Of a DNA stretch of 64,000 nt, positions 1 through 11,827 are shown in pieces. The notes beneath the pieces were generated by a model. It was given only the letters and a program-made list of their open reading frames with translations. It did no database searches and was not told where the DNA came from. The position numbers and the translations under genes are program-made. Each line of letters starts with the position of its first letter. Within the stretch, counting starts at the first letter, position 1. The DNA is from Selaginella moellendorffii (Eukaryota; Plantae; Lycopodiophyta): the NCBI RefSeq assembly GCF_000143415.4, contig NW_003314262.1, forward strand, positions 1,477,960 to 1,541,959. Direction: 5' to 3'.

Positions 1-1064
1 TTTCTTTTTCAATTTTCCAGCTTACCTCATCTATCCAACCAACACTTCTTTGGACTTAACTAAGTTCCCTTGCCAAGGTTCTTGCCTATGGTATTAACTC
101 CTACTTGAACTCCTACTTGGTTTCAGCTACTCACTACATGAGTTATGGAGTATTAGCCATCCATCCACAGATTCCCAAATCTCTCCCAATCCACCTCCCC
201 AGGTTAGACTAGACTTAAGGTTAAGCTACACTCCTCGCAGGCATAAGCATCCAAGCACACCAAGCCTCCAAATTTTTAACATCCCTTTGTACCACAAAAC
301 TTGATTATGGGACCCTCTAAATCCCAAGCCTTGGGTGCAACACTTGCTCCGGGATGCGGGGGGAAACATTGTGGCCTAGCAGCCCAATATGGGTACCTCT
401 ACTCCCCCACTTTCATCCCGAAGGGAAGGCCTAAGCCTCTAGGCAAGGTGAGGACCAATCAACTACATGGTACTCAAGTGAGGCACCACTCCACATGAGC
501 TGGGAGCACCACAATTGATTTCCCTTCCAGGAGTGAGAGTTGCTCTTGAGCACTTCCTAGGGTGGCCCCTCCAGCACCACCCAAGTCTATGCTCACTCCC
601 ACCTAAGGCCCCTCGGCCCCAATCTCAACCTCAAGTTAGTTTGGAAGCACCACTGGAGAGTTCCTTCAAGAATGGTTCCTAGACCTCACTATCCCTACTA
701 TACTTTGGAACCCCCTGCAACACACCTCCCCCCCCTTGGGAGACACACGCTTTGGGCTTTCACCCCTCGACCTGTATTAGTACTCGGACTTGGTCTCGGA
801 CTCGATCTCGGACTCAATCTCGGACCCAACCTCAGACTCGGTCTTGGACTCGGTCTCGGACTTGACCTTAGACCTGATCTCGGACTCAACCTCAGACTCA
901 ATCTTGGATCTCGGACTTTGTCTCGAATTCGGTCTCGAACTCGGTCTCGGAGTCGGTCTTGGACTCGATCTCAAACTCGGTCCCATCTGATGAACTCTTT
1001 ATCATTTCTGTCGTGCTTTCGGGGATCCTTTGCCTACGACACCTCAGAGAGTTAGTTCTTTACA
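1..1064 (-). mobile_element. LTR of Ty3/Gypsy chromovirus family A (5' end TGTAAAGAAC at 1064; runs off the left edge of the window)
   Basis: Reverse complement aligns along its length with the LTR at 51612-52947, including the 6-bp repeat array; it lacks the 195-bp insert present in that copy. Confidence 0.9.
780..985. repeat. Degenerate 6-bp tandem array (GACTCG/GTCTCG-like) inside LTR A
   Basis: Visible 6-nt periodicity; same array at about 51694-51950. Confidence 0.85.
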
Positions 1065-2916
1065 ATATACCGATCTCTTTGAATTTGACTTAAACATAGA
1101 AAGAAGTAGTGGGGAGACAAAAGTAATGGAAGTAGAGGTAGAAGTAGAAAGACAAAGAGGTATGGAAGTGAGGGGAATGGATAAAATATAAAGAAGTATG
1201 AGACAAGGGGGAGAAGCCTCAAAGTCACATTTGGTATGATTGCATTGCAACCAATCCATACTAAGGATGAGGTTAAAAGCTTAACTCAGCACTACTCACA
1301 ATGACTACAACCCAAGCTTGAAATTGCCTACACGCACAACTAGGTCTGCCTCATCTCGTGCACATGCATATGTATGGCTATTGCCATAAAGAATGAAAAC
1401 TAGCTCTACCGTATGACATAAGTGTAGATGGCAACGTATGGCAACAGGTTGAGTAATAGAAGATAAACTTGAACCTATATCAACTAACACAAAGAGAATA
1501 ATAGAAGACCTTTTATTATAAAAATGAACTTAGAAAGTAAATATTGGATGAATTAGTGCCAAATGAACCCCTTAATGATACTCCCGAAAGAAAAATAGAA
1601 GGGTCATTGACTTATTTATACAAGGTCTCTCTACTACTCACACAACTCCTTGTTTCCCGAAAGCATCTTAGTGTTTAGACTTTCCATTGCAGAACATTGT
1701 TGACACTAAAGTCTCTACCCAGGAAATAAAAGTTGCCACTCCAGAATACGCTTACAACGCCAATAAGTGTGACTAACTTCATCATATACCCAACAACAAC
1801 CACAACCATGTTCTCACCCTTGTTTTGGAACTCAGGCAACAGTAGCATCAATTTCCCATTTCCCACAAAAAGTGGAATTGAAGGATATGCAACAATAAGT
1901 GGAAGAGGTGACCAAATGAAAAGCATCGTCAAAAGTGGTTAGAGCAAGTATATACATAACTCCTACAAGATCTTAATAAATTGTTGGTCACAATATTCTC
2001 AATTTGATCTACTCTGACATATTTAGCTCCATATGAAGCAAAAGGCTTTAGAAATAAATGCCAAATTGCATTATGGACTCAAATGACCCTTGCCAAAGAC
2101 AATGCAATTGTTAAAAAACATCATCATAATCATTGGCATATTGAAATGCACATTTGATGACATCTAAGAGAATGCTCCAATCTGCACAAATGGTTATGCT
2201 TAAATCATTATCCCACTACAGTGTCATCCCTTGGAGACATATATGAACTTTTCATAAACACCAGACATCATCCCAATAGCAATCATTGTAAAGTGATCAA
2301 ATCAATAGTACATATCATTCTTAAAATTCTTATGGAAGAACTCTGGCCAAACACGAGGATTGACAGCAAGAGCAATAAGAACTATACCATGTGTTGTGAA
2401 TATTGCCATCAATTGAGTTTAGTTATTCAATTATAATCACATAGCATTAAACAATTGCATTAATTGCTACTCCAAAGTCAAAAGAGGAGAAGACTACTAC
2501 TCTGTTATGAAGATGAATGAAAAAAAAAGAGCAAAAGAAAAGAAATGGAAAAGACTAAAAGAAAAAGGAGATCTAAACGATGCAAAAGTTAAATTTAAAC
2601 TAAAATCCCAAATCTAAGCACTCTTTAGAAACAATCAAAATTGCCCCTCACTTTTATCAATGTGAGTGTATGGAATATTGAAATGAAATATAGAAATGTA
2701 TATATTAATTAACCCAAAAACTTCTATATAAGAGTGACTTTTATCAATGTGAGTGTATAGAATATTGAAATGAAATATAGAAATGTATATATTAATTAAC
2801 CCAAAAACTTATATATAAGAGTGAGTGGTCTAGATTAAAACCAATTTGACAGCTACCAAAATCCCATTACATTAATATTAATATATAATATTATACCCGT
2901 ACACTTGGACTTCACA
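1065..2916 (-). mobile_element. Degenerate 5' part (LTR, gag, protease region) of Ty3/Gypsy family B, interrupted by LTR A
   Basis: Reverse complement matches 45532-47400; LTR start TGTGAAGTCCAAGTGTAC at 2916; LILSMDWL protease-end motif; many stops. Confidence 0.85.
2651..2824. repeat. 87-bp tandem duplication of the LTR-end/PBS junction of the family B element
   Basis: 2651-2737 and 2738-2824 are nearly identical. Confidence 0.9.
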
Positions 2917-3005
2917 CCTCCAATTTAAATATATTATTGTTTTCTCTTTTCACTTAAAATGAATCATTTAAATCTTATACTAACAATTATGTTTCTCACT
3001 CTTCT

Positions 3006-4392
3006 TTAAACACAAGCCAAGTATCCCGCCAAGTCGCGAACACTGCAAATCCTGCCCGTCACCTCGGGCACGAACCGAGCAGCACAGTAGGGGCACGACA
3101 CCAACCTGCTGCCCGCGTAGATTGCCGTAAATGTCACCCCACACAGTGGGTTCCTAGAGAAGCTGCAGCCAAGGCGATGCTGGTCTGGTTTGGATCCTCG
3201 TGAGCTGCGCTGCCGTGGCGAAATTCCTGCACCGATACGTGGCCGACATAAGCCATGTGAAGGCTGGATATCGCAGTGCGTGAAGTAAGCCGCGAGCTCG
3301 GCCTGGCGGACAGGCTCGTCTCTGAGATCCTTGCACTTGAGCTCCATCTTGAGCGCCAGGACGTACTCCTTGCTCTTGCCGATCAGGTCGTCCACCTCTT
3401 TGCAGCTGTCCACGATGATCACCAGGACGGTGTGGAGGATGGCGAGGAAGACTTCAGTGAATTTGCCTTCGACGTTTGGAGGTCAGCCTCCAGTGAAGGC
3501 CCCGAGCGAGCTCTGGCTCGCGCGGTGGAGGTCGCAAAACGCCGGTTGCAGCGGCGCGAAGTTTTTGATCCCGAGTTGCGGAGTGAGGAGGCGCATTGCA
3601 CTGTCGAAGGCTCCAGCGGTGACGTGATCGGCAGCCAAGGAGGAGCTTTGCGTCCAGAGTTGAGTGACCAGAGCCCCTGGAGTTACACCAGCGAAGTTCC
3701 AGGTCTTCCAGCTCCCAGCCTCCCTCCTCTTCGCCTTCCTCGGCTCCGGCTCCGGCCCTTTGACCCCCCTCGACCTGTTCCACTTCGACTCTCCGCCTGG
3801 TCTGGGACAGCAACTGTCAGCTGCTCTTCATAGAACCAATGCAAGCGTTTAGAAACTAGACAGCATGACAAAAAAGAAGTTCACATACTCCACAGCTGAA
3901 CTTGTCGATCGTCAGCGCCAGAGACAACGAGTGGCAAGCTTGGATGGAAAGCAGCCCAGTTTACACCCTTGTCATGTCCCATACTTGATGACCGCATCAA
4001 AGATCGGTGTGAGCCTCGGCTGGAGAGACCGTCAGAGAGCTGATATCTCACAAACGACCAGTCTTCTGATGCAGCGATGCAGGGACCTCCAGTTCCAAGT
4101 CCTGATGGTTTGATCGTCTCTAGCACCCTGATGGAACTGGTATAATCCCCAGCAGCACCCTTGTAGTTCCAGACCTTTCAATCTTGTAGTAAGATCAATC
4201 GAAATATCGATCAAAGATGAGAATGCTGGTTCGTGACTTACCTCCCGAGACGAAAAGAGGCTGACACCGGTGAAAATGGACGCCGTGACCCATCGTGCTC
4301 GTCGAAGCGATCTATGAGAGATCCGGCCGGTGTGGAGACTGGCCAAGATCCATGGGCGCTTGGGATGGAAGCTCAGATCGAAGCGTCAGCAT
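3006..4392 (-). pseudogene. Coatomer alpha subunit (alpha-COP) pseudogene, internally deleted and frameshifted
   Basis: N-terminal LSFHPKRPWILASLHTG; WD40 pieces [10 protein letters not shown] and [27 protein letters not shown]; C-terminal ELAAYFTHC and CGVTFTAIY..SCPYC; only about 1.4 kb, in shifting frames. Confidence 0.85.
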
Positions 4393-4580
4393 CTTGGATC
4401 TAACCTGAAAGGACAAATCGCTCCCCCGATCGGAGCTCGGGGATGCCGCGGGAGAAAACACACACAAATGGCGCATTAGGGTTAGCATCCAGCCGCTGGT
4501 TTCTAGAGCAATCGGACGGTCAAAGATCCGCGCTATGGCGCGTTGTGAATATTCGGATTCCCGGAGAATTTTCTATGTGA

Positions 4581-5841
4581 TCACCTATGGACGAATCTCT
4601 CGTTGCCCTCGGCGTCAATCACAATCTCGAAGAGCTCCGACTCGGCCTCGGAGGGAGTGGGCCTGCGAAGGTCTTGCGACAGCGCCGGCGACGCGATTGA
4701 TCCCTCCAAGCGCTGGCTAAACAATTCGCCACTGTCGTACTGGATCGCCATTCGATTGGCGCCTCGATCGGGGTAGGGCCTGTGATTTCCAGGATCCGCA
4801 GTCCTCCTTGCGTTCTCGGGCAGGAATTCGAAGGCGCTCTGGCCGAGATTTACGATCGCCGTGGCGTCAAAGTTACAGAGGAACGCCGCGTGAAGAGGGC
4901 TGCCGAATTCCTCCGCCCTGGAGCAGTCGGCCTGGCAGGTCATCTCGCCATTGAGCGTGAAGAACACAATTCGCGCGGCGGGGTTGAATCCACAGCCCAC
5001 CGTCGTGTCGCCGCGAGCTGGAATCCATGGCTTTCGCTTGAACCTCTCGTCTGTGTAGAGAGCTCCTGGAAGAACCCTAAAATCTCGTGAGCAAGTACAG
5101 CAATCAATACGCTTTTCTCCTACCGTTTAGAAGGATCTGACCATTGGAGTAGTAGCCGATCGATCCGCGATCGCCAAAAGAAGAGCCTCTGACGAGTCCG
5201 ATCGCTACAATCTGCTCGATTTCGGCGGTGGAATCCCCAGAATTTTGCCTCGCATTCTTGTCAAGATCATGGTCTTTCGCTCCAAGAACTGTGATCTCGA
5301 AGTAGGATTCTTGCGGGTAGGAGTAGATTCCCAGGAAGGGGCCAGGGAGCGGCAGCGCAGATTTGAAGAACTGCGCGCTCCCGGTGGATGAAATCTCCGC
5401 GATGGGAATCCCCGGATTGGATCGAAGAATTTGCATCAGCTCGGTCCCTGGCCCGACCTCCCACCTTGTCTCCGCGTGAAATCCCTGCTTCCGATGATGG
5501 GGACGATGATCCATCCCATGATCCACCTGGGAGAGGGCAAATGCCGCCCATCCATTCTCGAGCGCCTCGGACATGAGCGCCGGGTAGTCTTTCCAGTTGA
5601 ATCCAGCGATCTTGATCGAGTTCCAGCTCTGATTCCGCGCTCTGCCGTTGACACCGCTGCTGCTGTTACCCTGATCGTGCCGCAGGTATGGAGGATTTGG
5701 ACTCTGCCGGTGCCGCCGCTGCTGATCATCGTCCCGGCCGCGGTTTTTCCGAGCCACGCAGATCCTGATGACGAGGAGTAGGAGCAAGCACGCGACGACG
5801 AGCGCGATGCCGGCAATCAGCTCCAGCCCCCAGTTTGCCAT
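4581..5841 (-). CDS. Membrane-anchored SPRY-domain protein; 2 exons (5841-5124, 5050-4581)
   Basis: N-terminal hydrophobic helix; SPRY motifs YFEITV, SIGYYSNG, VGCGFN..VFFTLNG, VNLGQSAFEF; GT-AG intron 5123-5051 keeps the frame. Confidence 0.8.
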
Positions 5842-6504
5842 CGCGAATTATCGATCATCTGGCCAGGAGAGGAAGATCGTGTCGAAGCTCTCGTGTTCTT
5901 GCTTGCTGCTGTTCTTCCTGGCTGTGGCGGTGGCGATGGAGGCGATGGATTCTTCCATCCACCGAGAAAAGAGGAAGGGAGGTTAAAGAAAACAAATTGG
6001 GCAAAGACACTGTCCAAATTCAACTCTACCGACTCGGCCAGCGGGCTTCGCCGAAGAGAAGATTGGGGAGTTCTTTCAAGTTTCCAGCCAACCCCAATCT
6101 AGCAGCGCGAATTTTAGCCGAGCGCACGCGATTAGGATGAGTGATCCAAGCGTGATGTTTGTCGTTGTCACGATTTTTGTCTTTCCAGTGCTTTCATTTG
6201 GTGGAAAAAGAACTCCGGAGTGGAACGGGAAAGCGCATTGAATTCTTAAACTAGAATATTCTAAACAGTGTACCCGAATATGCCCATCGCAGACTTTAAC
6301 TGAAAGGTTACAGGTATGGCTTTTCCTGTGTGTATTAAATTCTCTGTACAAGCAGACACTAGCACTTTGGTTTGGGTATGCTTCGTCCCAAACAAGCATT
6401 GGGAGTAAAGAATCATAGACCCCAGAGAGAATGGAATGGAAGGAAAGAGAAAAAGGATAATAGATACCTGCAATCGATTGATCGATCCACTGTGGCTCGA
6501 TCGA

Positions 6505-7523
6505 TTAATCGAATTTTTCCCAGTCGGTGGTGATGTTTGGAGTGCCTTGCGGTGGAGGAGCAGTGAGGCTGCCAACGCCGCTATCGAAAGTTTCCCATTT
6601 CGTGGTCACAACGCTGTTCCTGGAGGCCAGAGGATGTGGGATTGAGTTCTTGGTCTTGAGGTTGTCGAGGAAATCGACGTAGTTCTGGACCCTTTTCACC
6701 TGGAGTTTCGAGAGGCGATGAGAATGGATCGAGAGATGGAAGATCAAAACTCGTACCTGTATTCGCCTTTGGACTTTGGCCTCGCCATCGGCTTCGATCG
6801 CATCCAGCTTGAGCAGCTGCCGCATCATAAGCTCCGTGAGCTTGTCGAGATCTCTCTCCGGGACATTATGAGCGCTCTGAACGGCTGCTTCCAGAGCAGG
6901 GATCTGCGAAGCAATCGAAGAATCAGTAGCAGAAAAAAGAAGGAACTTTGGTACCTGTTCGGCGAGCTTGTCAGTCTCGGATCCCACTTCCGCCACGGCC
7001 CTGCAAGCCCGCTCCATTTTCTCGTTGCTCCTCATCTCCTCCAGCCTCCTCTCGCGGCTGGCCGGGTCCTCGACAAGGATGATCTTTGCCTTGTCTTTCA
7101 CACCAGCCAAATGGAGGTACTCGACATCATCCTTTTCCTTGCCTCTGAAGAGAAGCCTCTGTTCATGCGGCTGGAGGCCCGTCTCTACTGCTACCAGCTT
7201 CTTCAATTCGCCTGTTCCATCCAGGACCAAAGAAAAGAAAAATAAAAAAAAACTAGAAATCTCATGGAAATCTCCTCCCCCTCTCTGTCGATCGATCGAT
7301 CGATTTCTATCCTCTTACCGAATGATGCTTGCGCCGGAACGCTGATCTCATGCGCCTGGAGGCCATGGGAGACCCGGATCTTGATCAAAGGCCCTGCTGG
7401 AGTGGAATCGCCATTCTCTCCCTCGCCGGATTGGCGCTTCTGGACGAGCATCCCTCCCGGTCGCAGCTCCCAGGAGATGAGATCGCCAGGATCGCCGGCA
7501 TTCTCCGTCTTGGAGCCGATCAT
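6505..7523 (-). CDS. BAG family Hsp70 co-chaperone (ubiquitin-like + BAG domain, BAG1-4 type), multi-exon
   Basis: WELRPGGMLVQKR, QRLLFRGKEKD, LMRQLLKLDAIEADGEAKVQRRIQVKRVQ, VVTTKWETFD. Confidence 0.9.
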
Positions 7524-7693
7524 GACTGATAGATAGATTGCAATCAAACCCTAGAAGAATGAGCCACAGTAAAACCCTGGTACGGTAGAGCTATCCAAAA
7601 TCTCTCATAAATATGGCCAATGGATTTTTCCCTCTCTTTTCTCTTGAAAAGCCCTAAGAATGTAGCTCTTGGCTAGGGTTCTTCGTTCGCAGA

Positions 7694-10600
7694 ATGCCGA
7701 GCTACAAGCTCAAGGGCGTTGACGTGCGCTTCCCCTACGATGCCTACGATTGCCAGCTCGTGTACATGGAATCTGTGATAGCGGCGCTCCAGAAGGTAAG
7801 CTCCAGAAGATCGATTGACCGAAATATGTCTCGAATCTCACAGGGGCAAAATGCGCTTCTGGAGAGCCCGACAGGGACTGGAAAGACTCTGTGCTTGCTC
7901 TGTGCGACACTGGCTTGGCGGGAGAGTCTCGCTCCGCCGGATCGGGGGAGGAGGATGAGCGCCAGTAGTCAATCCAGTGATCTCGATCCCACTTCCTCGC
8001 AGGAGGCAAACAAGCTTCCTACGGTAATCTACGCTTCTCGAACGCACAGCCAGCTCCAGCAAGTCATTCACGAGCTCAAGGCGACGTCATACAGGTTTGA
8101 TTGATCTCGATAAAACTTTGGGAGCTTATATTCTTTGATGAACTGTAGGCCGAAGATGGTGGCTCTTGGATCGAGAGAGCAGCTATGCATTGAGAAAGAT
8201 GTGCAAAAATTGCGGGGGAGAGCTCAGAATAATGCTTGTCGTACCTCGTGCAAAGCCCGCAAGTGTTACCACCACACTCGTGTCAATGGTATTTTCCGTT
8301 TCATTCCGCAATTTTGCTCTGATATCTCTTGTTCCAGAATACCTCAAAAACAATCCGGAACTCGGGAACGAACCGATTGATATAGAAGATTTAGTTCGAA
8401 TTGGCAGAACCCATGGTCCGTAAGTGCCAATCTATCTTATGTCTTAAACGTTATGATTAAATATTTGTTGCAGATGCCCGTATTTCCTCTCTCGAGAGCT
8501 TCACGGTTCAGTAGACATGATCTTTGTTCCTTACAACTATCTCATCGACAAGGAAAACCGAAAATCGCTAACCGGAATCCGTTGGGAGAATTCTGTCATA
8601 ATATTTGACGAGGCTCACAATCTGGTATGTCCTTCGTCATGGTTCTTATCGGAAATGCTCATCTGAATTTCTTAGGAAGGTGTTTGTGCTGATGCAGCAT
8701 CTTTTGACCTTCCGACGACTACATTATCGGCATGCATCTCCGAGGCTGGCCAATGCGTTGAGCTGGCAACACTTCAGCGAAGTATCAGCAATAATGCAGA
8801 CAAGTCTGGTGATTCTGAAAACTTCGCTCTATTGAAAGGTGGTGTAGATATTGATATGTAAAGAAGCTAACTTTTGCGTCTACAGCTTTGTTGTTGGAGC
8901 TGAGCAAAAAAATTGACGACATCTCTTTTGATTCGGAAGAGCTAGGTTTCACACGACCAGGATCTTACATTTATGACTTCTTGTCGGAGCTGAAAATTAC
9001 CTGGGAAACCTCTACAATGCTAACAGATACAATTGATTCTGCTATCAGTCTCCTACAAGAAGGTGCTTGCTTCTCAAGAATTTGACATTTTAACTTTTTC
9101 TTGTAGATTCTAGCGCGCCTTCGGGAAAGCCAAAAACATCAACTTGCAAGCTTGAGTTGTTACGAGATGCGTTCCGCACTATATTCAGGGGAAAGGACTC
9201 AACTCATGCTACCTGTTACCGTGTAAGCGTTTTCAAAGTCTGTTTAGAGTAACTTTTATTAACTGGCGAATGCTAGGTACATGTACAAAACTCTTACAGA
9301 AGAGCCGAGGACAAGGGATTGAGCAAAGGTTTGTTTGTGTAATCGTTCTGTATAAACTTTGTGTAATATCTATCCTGCTCAGGCGACAAAAAATCACGAA
9401 CTTTTAGCTGGTGGTGTTTCAATCCCGGAATAGCCATGGAAGAGTTTTCAAAATTGGGAGTTCGAACAATTGTATTAACATCTGGAACGTTGTCCCCGCT
9501 TGAGTCGTTTGCCATCGAATTAAAACTGTACGTATATTTTGGTCACGTTCTTGATTGAGTTTTTATTTTTACTATGCAGACCATTCGACGTCCGGCTGGA
9601 AAATCCTCATGTGATAGGAGCGAACCAGATATGGGTTGGCGTGGTATCCTCTGGGCCTTCCGGACGGGCTTTAAATTCATCTTATCGAACTCGGGACTCT
9701 CCGGAGTATAAAAACGATCTTGGGAATACAATTGGTAACGACAACTTTTTCTTTTTTTTAACTCTCATTCTATCTATTGATTCTAGTAAATTTCGCGCGA
9801 ATTGTTCCCAATGGTCTACTTGTATTTTTTCCTTCCTACTATTTATTGAACTCATGTGTTGATTCATGGCAAACTCCGGTTAGTAACAATCTCGAGTGAG
9901 CAATTCGACTAAGTTATCGGTCACAGAATCAAGTAAATGGACACACGTTATGGGAGAGGATTTGCAAGCATAAGCAACCGGTTGTTGAGCCAAAGGAGTC
10001 GGCATTATTCAATCAAGCACACGAGGTGATTACTTTGGATTGCCATGTCCTCAAATTCAGTGTCTATGTTTCAAGGATTTTCTGGCGAAAGTAAAGGATT
10101 CAACAGGTACAGGAGCTGTGTTTTTTGCCGTTTGTCGAGGAAAGGTTGGGCCTTGCGTCTTCGTATTTTTCTTCTACGATTTTCGATCGTCCTCGTGTTT
10201 AGTCTATTGCCGTTTTCAGGTTAGCGAAGGTTTAGATTTTGCGGATGAAACAGGACGCGCGGTTATTGTTACAGGAATGCCTTTTGCAATGAAGACTGAT
10301 CCGAAAGTGAGTCCTTACAAATCAGTAACATTGAAAATAGACTTTTCCCTTTTAGGTGCGTTTGAAGAGACAGTATCTAGACGAGGAAGGACGACGAACA
10401 AAAACCAGCACCCGTAAGGTACTTGAGATGCTACAAAATCACCTGTAGTAACAAAACCTTTCCAGGTTCTGACTGGAGAGGATTGGTATGTACAACAGGC
10501 TTCACGAGCCGTCAATCAGGCTGTAGGACGGGTTATACGACACAAGAACGATTATGGTGCAATCATTCTCTGTGACGAAAGGTAGCTTGCAAAGCTTCTT

Positions 10601-11756
10601 TTAGTTGCTTTACGTTTGGCAAGTCAGGTTTGCCCAGGCTGGTGCACAAAGTCAACTGTCACTGTGGCTCAGACCCCACGTCAAGGTTTGTAAAACGTTA
10701 TAATTTTCTTGCATATTCACAGAAACATGCAGCTATATTCGAAGTTCGGGGATGCTGCTTTTACATTGACTAGATTTTTCAAGGACAAAAAGCCACAACC
10801 ACGGACAATGTCTAAAGTTCAGCAAAACACGTCAAGCTTGCCTGATTTGCCGTGTTTGAACAAAGTTCATCCATTACAAAGTGAACCAAGACAGTCAGCT
10901 GTAACGACATTCATTGCATCAGCTGGTAAGAAAACATTTCTTTTGCAAAATTCATTGTTTTTGTTACGCAGTTGCGGTACACGAAAATGTTTTCCTGGAG
11001 CGTAAAACTATTGATCCCCTAGTACGTAACATAGTTCCATGTTCCTCTATATCAAAAGAAGTTTGTTTTCACAGAGTAAGATCTTTGGGGCCTCTACAAA
11101 TGAACAGCAGCCACTGTCTGTGGTGCTTGCCGCGAAACGAAATCAGCAGCTTTGCAGTGCGGCAATCAAGCCTGCCAATCGCGCGTTTGGAAGTCGTCCC
11201 GAGCTCGTCAAAAACGCTATTAGCGTCTCAAAACAGCGAGGTTCTGATGAAGGTACCGATCGTGTGTCTTCGCCAATAGAAGCTTGCGAGGCCGGCACGG
11301 TCGGTACTTCCGCTTTCAAAACTGCTGGAAATTACATTCAAGAGGTAAGCTTTCTTAAGCTATTTAGTGAGGAGAGTTTTAACACTATGCCAGGTGAAAG
11401 CTCGTCTCACTAGCCCCGAGTATGAGCGCTTTCTGGCGTGCATGAAAAGCTTCAAAGACGGGACAACGAAGGTAGAAGATGTCTTCACTACAATGTCCGG
11501 CATATTTGCGGCTCCCGAGCGCCGTTATCTTCTTGAGAGGTTCGCTGCTCTTTATTCCATTTTCAGACTTATCACTATTTTGCAGGTTTGGTTGCTTTCT
11601 ACCCAGTCGATATCAGAAAAACTTTGATGAATACATGAGTGCAAATTCAGGTAACGCTTTTTTTATCGAAAGGGAGGCTGATGCGTTTATGCAGGTGATT
11701 GTAAGGAATGCTACTCTGGCTTTCCCTTGGGAAGTCGGAAGAGGCAAAAACCATAG
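7694..11756 (+). CDS. RTEL1: Regulator of telomere elongation helicase 1 (Fe-S DEAH helicase), many short introns, C-terminal harmonin-homology-like domain
   Basis: [81 protein letters not shown]; last exon and stop inferred. Confidence 0.9.
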
Positions 11757-11827
11757 CTGATGTATATACCGTACTATGTTTATGTACGGGCGTCTAATAT
11801 ATACCTTTCAGCCCTATAGCTAAATCG

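Noticed and set aside
780-985. CRISPR-like regularity
   Set aside because: Contiguous 6-mers without unique spacers, in a eukaryotic LTR
672-1055. Overlapping RS-, SD- and LG-rich ORFs (also 51663-51953)
   Set aside because: By-products of the stop-free 6-bp repeat array within LTR A
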